Shown: positions 28,249 to 40,939 of the stretch, in pieces
How positions within the stretch are numbered: position 1 is the stretch's first letter
Layout: every line of letters starts with the position of its first letter
Assembly: GCA_964016885.1 (NCBI GenBank)
Contig: OZ024745.1
Location: 108,686,001-108,750,000 of the forward strand
Length of the DNA stretch: 64,000 nucleotides
Source of the DNA: Eledone cirrhosa
Taxonomy: Eukaryota
Direction of reading: 5' to 3'
The notes under the pieces: generated by a model
Told to the model about the DNA's origin: nothing
Databases searched by the model: none
Seen by the model: the letters and a program-made list of their open reading frames with translations, nothing else
Position numbers and translations under genes: made by a program

Positions 28249-28787
28249 CTCAGTGAAATATATATAACGGAGTTTTAGATAAACCTGAATCAACTGATTA
28301 TGGCCTCTGATCTTTTTAATATCATCATCATTTTACATCCGCTTTTCCCTGCTTGCAAGGGTGGGACGGGAACTGATTCTGGCTTGATTTCTACAGCTGG
28401 ATGTCCTTCCTAACACCAACCTCATTTACAGCAAGTGCTGGGTGCTGTTTTGCCGTGGCACCTCCACGACCACTTTGCAGTGGAATGATATGGACCCCAG
28501 TCCCTATCATCTCATTTCTACAGCTGAGTAAACTGGAGCAATTTGAAATAAAGTGTCTTGCTCAAGGAAACAACACATCACCCGGTCTTAATACTATATA
28601 TATATATATATCAATGATATTAATAAACTATATTTATAAAACCATATTTATTCTATTATATATATTTCGAGGGTACCAAAACTTTGGCACGCTCTCATCA
28701 GATAAAATACAAAGTTTGTTTTATAAATATTGACATATCCAGGAATGAGACCTTAACAGTTCAAGTTTTACTTGGATAGTCATATAG

Positions 28788-28846
<59 letters not shown>

Positions 28847-28917
28847 TTGAAAAGATCAGAGGCCATAATCTGTTGATTCAGGTTTATTTAAAACTCTGTT
28901 ATACATATTTCACTGAG
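28249..28917. repeat. ~70-bp inverted repeats (28249-28320 / 28846-28917) enclosing a SINE, a hammerhead module and (TA)n
   Basis: CTCAGTGAAATAT..TAAACCTGAATCAAC.GATTATGGCCTCTGATCTTTT versus its reverse complement. Confidence 0.8.
28649..28709 (-). ncRNA. Type I hammerhead ribozyme motif
   Basis: TATTTTAT-CTGATGA-GAGCGTGCCAAAGTTTTGGTACCCTC-GAA-ATATATAT-A^ATAGAATA; all three stems pair, stem III palindromic. Confidence 0.85.
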
Positions 28918-29016
28918 TTACCATATATATATATATATGGTATCTCCCCCAAATTACCTGATCAGGAAATATTTATTACAATGCTGTTGAAGTGTGTATA
29001 CATTTTTTAGGATACC

Positions 29017-29708
29017 CTACACACACATATATATATGTATGTTTGTCTGTTTGTTTGTTTGTTCACAAACTCCTCCTAAGGTTTTGGAGATAGACCCCCA
29101 TAACCATATATATTCTGAAACTACATTGCTCTGGGTACTTGGATAAGTATATTTCATTTTAATCAAAGGGTTCCTCAGGGGCACAAACCCCTGCTGAAAA
29201 TGTTTTCCCTTCAATTTATATGAAATTTAAACCATAGGTAAATGACAAGATATGATGCCTATTCACAAAAGTTTTGAATTGATATTTTGAAAAAAATTAT
29301 TTACAAGAAACAAAGTAAGAATAAGATTTAATAATGTAATTTTGATTTGATATATTACAAAAAATAATTGTTTCTACTTTTGGCACAAGGTCAGCAATTA
29401 TCCAGTACATTACTGGTACTTTATTTTATCGACCCCGTATGGATGAAAGGCAAAGTTAACCTCGGCGGGATTTGAACTCAGATCGTAAAGGGACGTATCT
29501 ATGCTGGAAAGCATGTCCGACCCTCTACCGATAACTGCCAATTCACCGCCCTTATATACAAAAAATAATGTTTTCCAATTTTTCATGCATTACATTTTAC
29601 ATTGAGTTATATTGAAATGCAGAGTTTTTCTCCATAAATTATATCACTGATTTAAAATCAATCACCATTTTCTTACAAAACGCAGCAAGGTGCGGGTAAT
29701 TCGGCTAG
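29017..29708 (+). mobile_element. Non-autonomous Helitron-like element with a nested SINE
   Basis: (GTTT)n near 5' end, 3' hairpin CGCA-GCAAGG-TGCG then CTAG|T; SINE 29365-29552 flanked by duplicated TACAAAAAATAAT. 5' boundary uncertain. Confidence 0.6.
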
Positions 29709-29816
29709 TATATATATATATATCATCATCATCATCGTTTAACGTCCATGTTCCACGCTTGCATGGGTTTGGACGGGAGTTTTCCCACTTGAGGCAAGAG
29801 TGGTTGTCTTGCTCAC

Positions 29817-29870
<54 letters not shown>

Positions 29871-30001
29871 ATAATAATAAATATGAAGACTAAAATCCAA
29901 AGAGAGCTCGATAAGGATAAATATATATCAAATATATAAGAACCCTAGAGCAAGCAAATATTTTTATATTCATTTTATTAAGGCTAAATGGTGAGACTTG
30001 T

Positions 30002-30045
30002 TACTCTGGAGTTTCGTCTGTTTGTTACAGGGTCATCAGATATAC
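30002..30045 (-). ncRNA. Hammerhead core, degenerate stems
   Basis: CTGATGA-CCCTGTAACAAACAGAC-GAA-ACTCCAGAGT-A; core and stem III intact, stem I pairs poorly. Confidence 0.45.
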
Positions 30046-30610
30046 ACAACACTCCTTTGACGACTAGTTATGATAATGAATCATTTCAGAAGCTGACACC
30101 TAGTAGCTTCTTCACCTGTTAGAAATAGTAATTTAATCTTCTCCAAATCACACTCTTACGTTCTTAGACAAATAAATGAATAGATAAATAAAAAAAGAAA
30201 ATGACAAATTGAATAATAAAGTCGTTGATGTCCAAGTAAAAGTCGGAATGGTAATAACTTGAATGCTTTTGATCGTAGGTATACTAGATCAGAGATGGTT
30301 GTCGGGGTGGGGGAGTGACACAACACCCAATTTTAATGGTAAAGCCTTAGATTTCGATAAGTTTTCTTTTTTTTTTGTAAAAAAAAAAAAAAAAAAAAAA
30401 AAGACCTTCCTGAAATACGTTCCTTGCGAAAGAGTGCCCACGTGAAATATGAATCCCTCCACACAACCTTCAAAGCTTCGAACACTGGCGAATGGAAATG
30501 CTTAGGGCAAAATAACAATAATACTCCATCATTGTTTAATTGACTAATCGTTAAATATTTACGAAATGTGTGTGTCCGCAAAAAACGCACACACAGATTA
30601 TATATATATA

Positions 30611-30719
30611 CAGAGAGAGAGAGAGAGAGAGAGAGAAAGAAAGAGAGAGAGAGAGAAAGGGAAAGGGAGAGAAAGGGAAAGAGAGAAAGAGAGAGAGAAA
30701 GAGAGAGAAAGAAAGAGAG

Positions 30720-30804
<85 letters not shown>

Positions 30805-30839
30805 AAGAGAAAGAGAGAGAGAGAGACAGAGGAAGAGGG

Positions 30840-30870
<31 letters not shown>

Positions 30871-30875
30871 AAGAG
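30611..30875. repeat. (AG)n-rich purine tract
   Basis: Imperfect AG repeat; explains the ER-repeat ORFs. Confidence 0.95.
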
Positions 30876-31756
30876 ATTGCCAGTTTATTAAATCCAGGCT
30901 TTATAAAATCTGTATTCTACTAAAACTACGCACCACTGATATATCACCACACACACACACATACACAACACACACATACACACACACAGACACGCTGTTA
31001 TTATTCTCTTCCAGACCTTAACTGTCCGATAGCAAAAGAAGGAAAAACTTGAGTCATGCGAAAACAACCAATGACGGTCTGTGACAGCAAGAAAACGGTG
31101 AATAAAATTCGTATACAATAATGGAAAATGCGTATGATGTAAGGAGATGAGTTCTGATGTTTTTGGCAGCGACCTTTCTCCGAAGAAATGAAAGCTGTAT
31201 ACATTCTAACATATTTCCCTTTATCGATTTTAGAAGCTGTTCGATAGTTTTTATCCTCTTCATTTTGATAGAAATGATACTCAAATCAATATAAGGGACG
31301 AGTTACTTCCCTTAGAGTGTACAATTATGACTGAAGCTTCTTCGTATTGTTTTTTTTTTTCTTTTGTTTTTGTTATTTATTTCCTGTGTAAATTTTAAAA
31401 TATTAAATTTTAAAATGTTGCTTTTTAAAAAGAGATTGTAGGCAGCAGTATATGACCGGGCTACACACTTTGTGCCATTATGTTCTGAGTTCAAATCGAA
31501 TTAAAGTCGATATCACAAAATCCCCCTTCCAATTTAAATATAATTATATAGTGAAAATATGATAAATTAAGTCGTTCAGATACGTTTTTCTAATATCATA
31601 AACGCTGTCGTCTTGTGTATAGCTGATACACGTCTCATATTTTGACTTATGGGGACGGTTCTGTTTACTTTTCATGTTTTGGGCTATACTTGTGTAGTAT
31701 AATATTAATTTAAAATATTAATAAATGTAGACATACACGTAATCAAAATATATATT

Positions 31757-31819
31757 TTTTATTATATATATTTCGGAGGTACTGTGCTGTTTTTTTCAGT
31801 ACGTCCTCATCAGATAAAA
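31757..31819 (-). ncRNA. Type I hammerhead ribozyme motif (module B)
   Basis: TTTTAT-CTGATGA-GGACGTACTG..CAGTACCTCC-GAA-ATATATAT-A^ATAAAA. Confidence 0.85.
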
Positions 31820-32007
31820 TATATAAATTGATGTATGACATACCTCAACTGTGCTGATGGTTCAATACCAGTTTTGGATTAATATTAATAACTCCAGAAA
31901 ACTTTTTCTATTGAGTGCTTCTAATCTATTGTAAAACTATATTCATTGATTAATCAATGAACCCTGTTAAACTTTTGGTTATATATATATATATATATAT
32001 ACATATA

Positions 32008-32158
32008 TAACGAAGGGGGTGTGGTAAGGAACCAGATGGACCATAACGCACCAGAGTACTCAATACTTAGGGTAGTAGAGTGGGTAATAGGAAAATGAGT
32101 CCAGAAATAGCCGTCGAAACGGCTTGAGCTCTGTCGTCGGGGTCAAACATTTTCCTAT
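32008..32158 (-). mobile_element. Family A mini-element with one arm deleted (mirror copy 32576-32726)
   Basis: Conserved tail joined directly to GTCCAGAAATAGCCGTCGAAACGGC..GTCGGGGTC. Confidence 0.8.
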
Positions 32159-32213
32159 ATATATTATAAAATAACAGGAGGCTGGACTGGTGTAAATCCT
32201 TGAAAGGTTTATT

Positions 32214-32271
32214 ATACTATGATCATTTCAATGACCGGGTTCAGTATGAATCTGGTGACATTATCAGGTAT
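32214..32271 (-). ncRNA. Hammerhead motif (module C), core mutated to CTGATAA
   Basis: Mirror of 32462-32519 with G8 to A change, predicted inactive. Confidence 0.65.
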
Positions 32272-32461
32272 TCAAAATATAACAAAGGAATATAACAGAT
32301 AAAATCCATGGGGCTGAAAATCAGAGACAAGAGGACGACCGACTATTTAGAAACTTCTACCTCAGTCGGCCGGTAGAAGCTGCTAAATAGTCGGTCGTCC
32401 TCTTGTCTCTGATTTTCAGCCCCATGGATTTTATCTGTTATATTCTTTTGTTATATTTTGA

Positions 32462-32519
32462 ATACCTGATGATGTCACCGGATTCATACTGAACCCGGTC
32501 ATTGAAATGATCATAGTAT
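32462..32519 (+). ncRNA. Type I hammerhead ribozyme motif (module C)
   Basis: ATAC-CTGATGA-TGTCACCGGATTCATACTGAACCCGGTCATT-GAA-ATGATCAT-A^GTAT; palindromic stem III. Confidence 0.8.
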
Positions 32520-32722
32520 AATAAACCTTTCAAGGATTTACACCAGTCCAGCCTCCTGTTATTTTATAATATATATAGGAAAATGTTTGACCCCGACGAC
32601 AGAGCTCAAGCCGTTTCAACGGCTATTTCTGGACTCATTTTCCTATTACCCACTCTACTACCCTAAGTATTGAGTACTCTGGTGCGTTATGGTCCATCTG
32701 GTTCCTTACCGCACCTCCTTCG

Positions 32723-32760
<38 letters not shown>

Positions 32761-32919
32761 CCAAAAGTTTAACAAGGTTCATTGATTAATCAATGAATAT
32801 AGTTTTACAATAGATTAGAAGCACTCAATAGAAAAAGTTTTCTGGAGTTATTAATATTAATCCAAAACTGGTATTGAACCATCAGCACAGTTGAAGTATG
32901 TCATACATCAATTTATATA

Positions 32920-32981
32920 TTTTATCTGATGAGGACGTACTGAAAAAACAGCACAGTACCTCCGAAATATATATAATAAAA
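32920..32981 (+). ncRNA. Type I hammerhead ribozyme motif (module B)
   Basis: TTTTAT-CTGATGA-GGACGTACTGAAAAAACAGCACAGTACCTCC-GAA-ATATATAT-A^ATAAAA. Confidence 0.85.
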
Positions 32982-33837
32982 AAATATATTTTGATTACGT
33001 GTATGTCTACATTTATTAATATTTTGAATTAATATTATACTACACAAGTATAGCCCAAAACATGAAAAGTAACCAGAACCGTCCCCATAAGTCAAACTAT
33101 GAGACTTGTATCAGCTATACACAAGACGACAGCGTTTATGATATTAGAAAAACGTATCTGAATGACTTAATTTATCAAATTTTCACTATATAATTATATT
33201 TAAATTGGAGGGGGGGTTTTGTGATATCGACTTTAATTCGATTTGAACTCAGAACATAATGGCACAAAGTGTGTAGCCCGGTCATATACTGCTGCCTACA
33301 ATCTCTTTTTAAAAAGCAGCATTTTAAAATTTAATATTTTAACTTTGCCTTTCATCCTTCCAGGGTCGATAAAATAAAGTACCAGTAATGTATGGGTATT
33401 TGCTGGCCTTGCGCCAAAAGTAGATTATATTTCGATAACTATAATGGCACCCTCCACCCCCACCCACCCCGTGTGAGGGGAGCATCATCACCACCATCAT
33501 CAACAATTATCATGGTATCCGCGAGGCCCGAGCCTTTTATTCTTCGACGGAGTGCATTTTATCATTATTATTAGTACCACCACTACTACTACTACTATTA
33601 TGGTGGATTAGCAGTATCAGTAGAGCGTCGGACAACATGCTTTGTGGAATTGAGTTTCGGCCCTTTACGTTCTGGGTTCAAATCCCGCCGAAGTTAGCTT
33701 TGCCTTTTATCCTTCCGGGTTCGATTAAATAAAGTACCACTCACGTACTGAGGTCGATTTAATCGACTACCCCCCAAACAAAATTGCTGGCCTTGTGCCT
33801 AAAGTAGAAACAATTATTACTATTGTCATTGGAAGCT

Positions 33838-34690
33838 AAAAGCGCCATTTCCGACAAGCAAAGACTACAAAGACTGGATTAGTAAAATAGTTAAGCGAAC
33901 GTTGACGGACGCAATCGTCAACAACAAATATGGTGGTTCGCCTTAAAAAAGGGCTATTAGAGCAGAATCGATAAGGTTTAGTAAAGCTGTAACGATAGAG
34001 AAGACTAGAGTAGAGGGAGATTTAGTTAGAATATTAGAAGAGGCACTTACTAAAGGCATCACAGCCAACGTGCCTGCGGCGAGATTGGTCCTGAACCAAT
34101 TCTTCAATGGGCCTGAGTGGCGAAAGCGAGGCGTTGCAACAAAGCTACAATCCGCTCCTTGGCGGACCACGACGAACACGTTATACTTGATGCCAAGCAG
34201 ATGTGTGAGGTTTTTCAGTGACACTTCGCTCAAATGTTCGGGAGCTGTGGCGGGTCGGATCGAGGGATGTATTTCAGAACTTACTCCGATGGCCTACCGC
34301 GGCTCTTGGCGAAAAACCGATAACGGCCGAGGAAATAAGGGACGCAATGACTAGCTACACGAGCAGAAAATCTCCTGGCTGATATGGTCTGCCCTACGAG
34401 CTTTAGACAAACATACCAGGCTTGTTCAGCGACATCCTAGCGGACCTCTACGCCAACTGGCAGCAGAACGGGAGAATTCTCAGTTCTGTGAGTCGAGAAG
34501 CGGTAACGCTGCTGAGAAAGGATACAAACAAGGGAGACCATATAGACAATTTCAGGGTCATAACTCTGCTAAACGAAGAGTTAAAAATGTTGGCCAATGT
34601 GTTGGGCAAGAGGTCGGCGCTTGTCATCGGTGGTCTGGTTAGGGAGCCGGAAACATGCGCCATTCCGGGTAGATCCATCCACGACAATAT
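33838..34690 (+). pseudogene. L1/Tx1-clade non-LTR retrotransposon ORF2 fragment
   Basis: KSPG..GLPYEL, VTLLRKDTNKGDHIDNFRVITLLNEELKMLANVL, TCAIPGRSIHDN; truncated at a CT/TA tract. Confidence 0.8.
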
Positions 34691-34720
34691 CTCTCTCTCT
34701 CATATACATATATATATATA

Positions 34721-34920
34721 TAACGAAGGAAATGTGGTAAGGAACCAGGTGGACCATAACGCACCAAAGTACTCAATACTTGGGGTAGTAGAGTGGGTAA
34801 TAGGAACCAGTAAGACCCCGACAGCTGAGCTCAAGCTGTTTCGACGGCTAATTCTGGTCGTCCAGAATTAGCCGTCGAAACGGCTTGAGCTCAGCTGTCG
34901 GGGTCTTACTGGTTCCTATA
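34721..34920 (-). mobile_element. Family A fold-back mini-element
   Basis: Near-perfect ~58-bp arms 34800-34857/34862-34919 around CTGG-TCGT-CCAG; TA flanks. Confidence 0.9.
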
Positions 34921-34940
34921 TATATATATATATATATATA

Positions 34941-35349
34941 TCCGTTTTTTCCATTGTCTTTGTCCCCTGCGTCCCCTATTTTAAATTTATATTCTAAAGA
35001 CTTAGTCATGCGAGATTTTTTTAAAAGCTATCATATAATAGACATCACACCGCCCGGCCTTACCTTTTCTACGCCTCAGTGTCCTTCTTTGACTGCACAT
35101 TGGACTACAGTCTTTATTCGCTTCTATTTTACTATTTTTCTCTTTTATATAGTTGTTGTCCTTTGGCTAAGCCCTTGTACACTTTATTTTTGTGTAATTA
35201 TCCTAAAGACACTGAAATAAATAGTATCAACCTTAATACACCGAGACTGTAGTGATTTCCAGAGGTTGACAGAAGAGACGGGACTGTCTGTGTGTCTATC
35301 CTTCCGTTGTTTTTTTTTTCCATTGTCTTTGCCCTGTGAGCCCTTTATT

Positions 35350-35350
<1 letters not shown>
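34941..35350. repeat. ~365-bp unit with short terminal direct repeat between (TA)n tracts
   Basis: TCCGTT(n)CCATTGTCTTTG.CCC..G.G.CCCT.TATTT at ~34941 and ~35303. Confidence 0.6.
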
Positions 35351-35407
<57 letters not shown>

Positions 35408-35411
<4 letters not shown>

Positions 35412-35551
35412 CGAAGGAGTTGTGGTAAGGAACCAGATGGACCATAACGCACCAGAGTATTCTTCAATACTTAGGGTAGTAGAGTGGGTAGTAGGAAAAA
35501 GTATGACCCCGACGGCAGAGCTGAAGCCGTGTCAACGGCTATTTCTGGACT
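35408..35551 (-). mobile_element. Family A mini-element, inverted arm mostly deleted
   Basis: Tail plus GACCCCGACGGCAGAGCT..CGGCTATTTCTGGAC, then only TACTTTTTCCT of the inverted arm. Confidence 0.8.
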
Positions 35552-35559
35552 ACTTTTTC

Positions 35560-35592
<33 letters not shown>

Positions 35593-36119
35593 CATACATA
35601 TATACATATATATGTGTGTGTGTGTGTGTGTGGAGAGAGAGAAAGAGAAGGGGTGCAGTGCTAATTTTTTAAGTATCGTAGCTAACACAATGCTAGCGAT
35701 TTCCTATATCCGTATCCATCACGGATAGTTAAGACAATGAGGATATGGCTTTAAAATACAATTCAGTGTATAAGTAATACAATAAAAATAATACTGTAAT
35801 CAATAATATGACAAAGTATTGCATTGTTACACATTGCAGCTGACACTCACTAATCATCCTAAAATAAAACCACCAAACAAGTAAAGACAAGTGTTTTATC
35901 AATTATAAGTGATTACTTACTTACCAATAATTTCTATAAAGAGACATACATAATTTATGTTCATTGGTACTGATTTGTTGTACTGTAGCCATTCTATGAC
36001 AAACGGCACGGCTCAAAATTCCACCGAATAAGAGAGTTCTGCGTAGGTTAATAGAGCTAAGTACTGGGTATGTTGTTATCTTGTTTATGTGGTTCAATCC
36101 CCGCTCACGCTCGTCAGTA

Positions 36120-36556
36120 CTAATAGTAATATGTTAAGAACAGCTTAATAATTGTTTCTACTTTAGGCACAAGGCCAGCAATTACCCCAGTACATTACTG
36201 GTGCTTTATTTTATCGACCCCGTAAGGATGAAAGGCAAAGTCAACCTCGGCGGGATTTGAACTCAGATCGTAAAGGGACGTAACTATGCTGGAAAGCATG
36301 GCGTCCGACCCTCTACCGATACTGCTAATCCACCGCTAATAGTAATATGTTAAGAACAGCTTAATAATTGTTTCTACTTTAGGCACAAGGCCAGCAATTA
36401 CCCCAGTACATTACTGGTGCTTTATTTTATCGACCCCGTAAGGGTGAAAGGCAAAGCTAACCTCGGCGAGATTTGAACTCAGGCCGTAAATGACCATAAC
36501 TCTAAGCTACAAAGCATGGCGTTCCGACCCTCTACCGATACTGCCAATCCACCACC
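36120..36556 (-). mobile_element. Two tandem SINE family 1 copies each preceded by the same ~28-bp flank
   Basis: CTAATAGTAATATGTTAAGAACAGCTTAATAATTG at 36120 and 36336. Confidence 0.85.
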
Positions 36557-37644
36557 CTTTTAACATAATGTGCGCAGTCTTTGGGTGTATGCAGAGTCCT
36601 CGATTCTCCAGAAAAGATGTTGTTGTCTTTCTGTAATTCGACAGCATTTCAGCACAAATGTATGTCTTTCATAAAGGTAAACTTTATTGAAGGCGCATAT
36701 TTCGTTTAACAGAGATTTATATATACTTTGCGGTTCAGAACCATTCGACGACATTGTAAACATTACGGTATTGTAAATTGTTTATAAGACTAATAAGGAA
36801 CTGTAAATGATTGATGGAGACAATTTTGTTGTTACTTGTTTATGTAATCATTTTAAACTTCCTCTTTTCAATTGCTTCTTCAACTTCTATGTCTTTTGTT
36901 TGTACCAAGTTACTCTTTTAGTCAATGTAACGATATTATACTTCGTTGGTTCAATTTATCTGTATAAACAACTGTAGTAGTTTGTTTCTGTAAACATTCT
37001 GACAGTAAACTACGTTCATGCAACGTATCATACACAAGAGTCTAAGTCCAATAGAAATTGTTGTAAAACGAATCTTTTCAAGAAATATTCATGAGTTTTT
37101 CTCACTCTCAGGTTTTCATTCATTCTTCATTAGGTTGTTGTTTTACACACACACACACACACACAAAAAAAAGACGGCAATTGTTTCATAATTTTGCTAC
37201 AATATAAAAAACTGTTCAATATAAAAAAACTGTTCGAATCAAGCTAGCTACCCACCTAATACACAGAAGACGGTCTCTTTTGCAAAATAGTTGTTCTAGT
37301 TAAGCGGCACATTCAGGCAGTTATTTTTTGGTTAGGAGGTGGGTCTGCTATGAATGTAGAATATTTCCACCGGGACTGCGAGGCAGATAGCGCGTCTCAT
37401 AATAGTGAGAGATGGGGAGAGACGGAGGAAGTGACAGTGGAAGTTTGGTTCCTTTGTGTTCGGACCAGGTGCAAATGTATATGTTTCACAGACATTACCT
37501 ACGTCGTAGGTAGATGTTTCTGTTGCTCAGCTGCTGTGATGCCCACTAACCCTTTATAAATTACTGTTTTTGAAATTATTGTTGTCAATGCTTAATGTAC
37601 TTATTTATCAGTAAATAATTCAAAATTATTATTTTTATGAATTT

Positions 37645-37870
37645 TGCTCACCTACTGCAAGTTCTAATCTCTAATTGAGATACTGCCAAATTATCACAAC
37701 AACATAATGTTCTTTGAGAATTGTTGCAACACCAGATTTGACAACAAACATTACATTCGCTCCATTAGAAGAAAATGCTACAAGATTGTGTTTCAAGTAA
37801 GCAACATTAAACCTATTGTTAATGAGACAGTTCAATAGATGTGTAACAATAGTTGCAGTTTTCATAGAAT
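37645..37870 (-). pseudogene. hAT transposase fragment (KIAA1586/ZNF862-like)
   Basis: YLKHNLVAFSSNGANVMFVVKSGVATILKE..IIWQYLN*RLELAV matches the decayed DGA.VM.G..SGV...W.C..HRLELAV pattern. Confidence 0.7.
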
Positions 37871-38074
37871 GTTTTTAGACCTAACATTATTTTTAAATTT
37901 CAAAAAATGAAAACAAATAGAATAATAAAATAAAACAATTAGGACTGTTTTAGTACTGTAAGAAGTGAAATGTTTCAAGCTGTTTAGGCTTTCACTTACT
38001 TCACATCTGAGTTTATAATCCGTGAAATCTCATCTGGGATAAGTTTCCTTTCGTTCTTTAACATTTCTTCAGTG

Positions 38075-38300
38075 AAAACACTCAAACAGGGATACAAGCT
38101 TCAGGTTTGCAGTCGAACCCCTAGCAGTGGAGACTTCTGGTGTCCTTGGCCCTAGGGCCAATTTCCTACTCCCCACCATAGGCACTGAGCGAGTTAGCTG
38201 CAGGTGTGAGCCTCCCAAGCTGGAATGGCTCTTCCAGCGCATCTCCCTCACCATCCTCCGGAGAAACGCCTTCTCCATTCTGTCCGCCGGGGCCGTGGGG
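38075..38300 (+). pseudogene. CRE-clade non-LTR retrotransposon C-terminal endonuclease remnant
   Basis: PLAVETSGVLGP..WLFQRISLTILRRNAFSIL resembles the CRE P.AVET.G..G / FQRIS..IQRGNA motif. Confidence 0.7.
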
Positions 38301-39309
38301 CGGTCAGTGCATGGGACCCCATTTTCTCATAATAGTGAGAGATGGGGAGGGCAAGAGACACGGAAGCGCTGGCAGTGGGGGTCCGGCTCCTCTGTGTTCT
38401 GATCTGGTGTACATGTGTGTGTTTTTACTGGTTAGCCAATATGCTCGCAACATTACCACGGGTGATGGCGAGACTAAGACGCTGAAACAACCAGCTTGAG
38501 TTTGAACCACCATTTCGTTGAGAATTGTAGTTGAACCCGATTAAAAGAAATGAAATTTAAGGTGGGTGAAACACGACTTTTATAACTCCTACTGTTATCA
38601 AGTTTATATATCCTTACTGTTCTTCTCAGCTTGTTCGTGAAAGAAGGAACCTAACGTTGTTTGCTTTAAAATCAGTCTTGTTAGCGAGAGAAAAGATATC
38701 ACTTTTGTATGAACGAGTAAACGAGAGATGTTGTTTCGTTAATGTCAATGGGTATACTCAAAACCAGAAATATAGTTAAACTATACGCAAAAGCGGAGCT
38801 GTTAAAGCCTAAAAGTTTTACGAATATAATTGGACGATTCAGAATATGTGAATTAAAAACAAATGTCAATTCGCGAGAACCTTCGTTGCCCAACCTAAAA
38901 TGAGTTTTAAATATATTTTTAAAAAATAAAGAAACTTCAATGCTCTTAATAATGGTTTCTTATATAGGCACAAGGCCAGCAATTTGGGGAGAGGGGAAAG
39001 TCGATTAAATCGACCCCCAGTGCATTACTGGTACTTTATTTTATCAACGCCCGTTGGTTACTAGTTCTATCTGTGTGTGCATGATTTGTTTTATTAGTTT
39101 AGTTCTTGTATGTCTCTGAATGTCTTTGTCCTGTCTTTAATTTCTACGTTGTGAGGTTGCTGCTATTCCACTCATGTTTTCTGTTTAGTTTTAGTTGGAG
39201 TTTGTTTGTTTGTCGCTTCTGTAATCTGTAAGAGAATTGCGTCTGTTCTGTGTGTGAATATACTTTTTATCTCAATGTTCTCTAGTGTGTCCCCATGTTC
39301 CATTCTGGA

Positions 39310-39645
39310 ATGTTGGTGTAGTACTGATGAGTTTTTACCATGTTGGTGTAGTACTGATGAGTTTTTACCATCTTGGTGTAGTACTGATGAGTTTTTACCA
39401 TGTTGGTGTAGTACTGATGAGTTTTTACCATCTTGGTGTAGTACTGATGAGTTTTTACCATCTTGGTGTAGTACTGATGAGTTTTTACCATCTTGGTGTA
39501 GTACTGACGAGTTTTTACCATCTTGATGTAGTACTGATGAGTTTTTACCATCTTGGTGTAGTACTGATGAGTTTTTACCATCTTGGTGTAGTACTGATGA
39601 GTTTTTACCATCTTGGTGTAGTACTGATGAGTTTTTACCATCTTA
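39310..39645. repeat. 30-bp minisatellite, 11 copies
   Basis: TGGTGTAGTACTGATGAGTTTTTACCATCT unit. Confidence 0.95.
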
Positions 39646-39886
39646 GAGTTCTCACCACTGTTCGTTTATTATTTCTCTTATGCTACGGATCGTCTTACCT
39701 ATGTATGTCGTGTTCCTGTTCCTACACTGATTATGCATTTTCTATCATTGCAAGAGGTTTTCTCAAAAGGGTACGTTCTACTAATCAGGGCTTTTATAGA
39801 AATAACTGGTTTTTCTACTATCTTAATATTTAATTTGTCTGGAGCCCTTCTAAATGTATATGCTAGTTCCCCTTTGGGGGTTGCAT

Positions 39887-40045
39887 CAGTGGCGGATCTA
39901 CCATTGTGCTTAGGTGTGCTTAAACACAGGGCCCGGTTGGCCAGGGAAGCATTTTCCTGCCCCCAAAATTTTTTACGATGAATTTTTCAAATATTTGGGG
40001 CCTCATAACTTAATTAACATATAATTTGTCCTAAATCCGACACTG
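39887..40045. mobile_element. hAT-type MITE with 8-bp TSD
   Basis: GGTTGCAT|CAGTGGCGGATCTA ... TAAATCCGACACTG|GGTTGCAT. Confidence 0.85.
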
Positions 40046-40744
40046 GGTTGCATTATATATATATAATGTATTCTTAGAATAAATTGAATAATTCAATTAT
40101 TTAGTTAAAAGGCACATTTTGTCACTAATTTTTGTAATCATTAATGAATAATGATCATGTATAATTATTAAAAAATTTTTCATCCGAAACTTTTTAGAAA
40201 AGGGCCTCAAATTTCATATAGCTTAGGACCTCAGCGTAGGGTTTCACCTGTCCTGGTGAAACCCTATAGTTTACGTTGATTACTGACAAGTGGAAGTGAG
40301 TAAAGATAAAAATAATACTTTACGGTTGATTTATAGGAATGAAAAATAAATTTATTTTGAAAGTGAGATTGTTAACAGAGGTGTCAGAGCGGCGCTCTAG
40401 TGAATTTCGCCAACATTTCACACACAGAAATATATACAGAAATATGTGTACATGCATTCGTTCATATGCATCGAACGACGCCGAACGCTTGTTTGTGGCT
40501 GCCCGGTTTGCTAAAATTAACAGGGAAAATCACACCTACCGTTTTGAGAAAAAGAAAAGGCATATTGAAAAGTGTGGCTTGGATGTACAAAACAACAAGT
40601 TAAACTCCACTGAAACGTCTTTGATTATAGATCTCGAGGATAAACCCTGTACTGGGATTAGCAGTTACACATACGTTGTTCCGTACAAATACACATACAC
40701 ACATAAGACGTATGTGCATACACACACACACACGCACACACACA

Positions 40745-40798
<54 letters not shown>

Positions 40799-40801
<3 letters not shown>

Positions 40802-40939
40802 CGAAGGAAATGTGGTAAGGAACCAGGTGGACCATAACGCACCAAAGTACTCAATACTTAGGGTATTTTTTTTTATTTTTTAGTTCAGAATTAGCCGTCG
40901 AAACGGCTTGAGCTCAGCCGTCGGGGTCCTACTCGTTCC

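Larger units (their letters stand above)
31395..33342. repeat. 1.95-kb near-perfect palindrome (~970-bp arms, ~10-nt spacer at 32362-32371)
   Basis: Arms can be read as reverse complements throughout with scattered substitutions and different TA-tract lengths. Confidence 0.95.

Noticed and set aside
39310-39645. CTGATGA in every unit of the 30-bp minisatellite
   Set aside because: No GAAA, stem III or cleavage triplet; not a hammerhead array.
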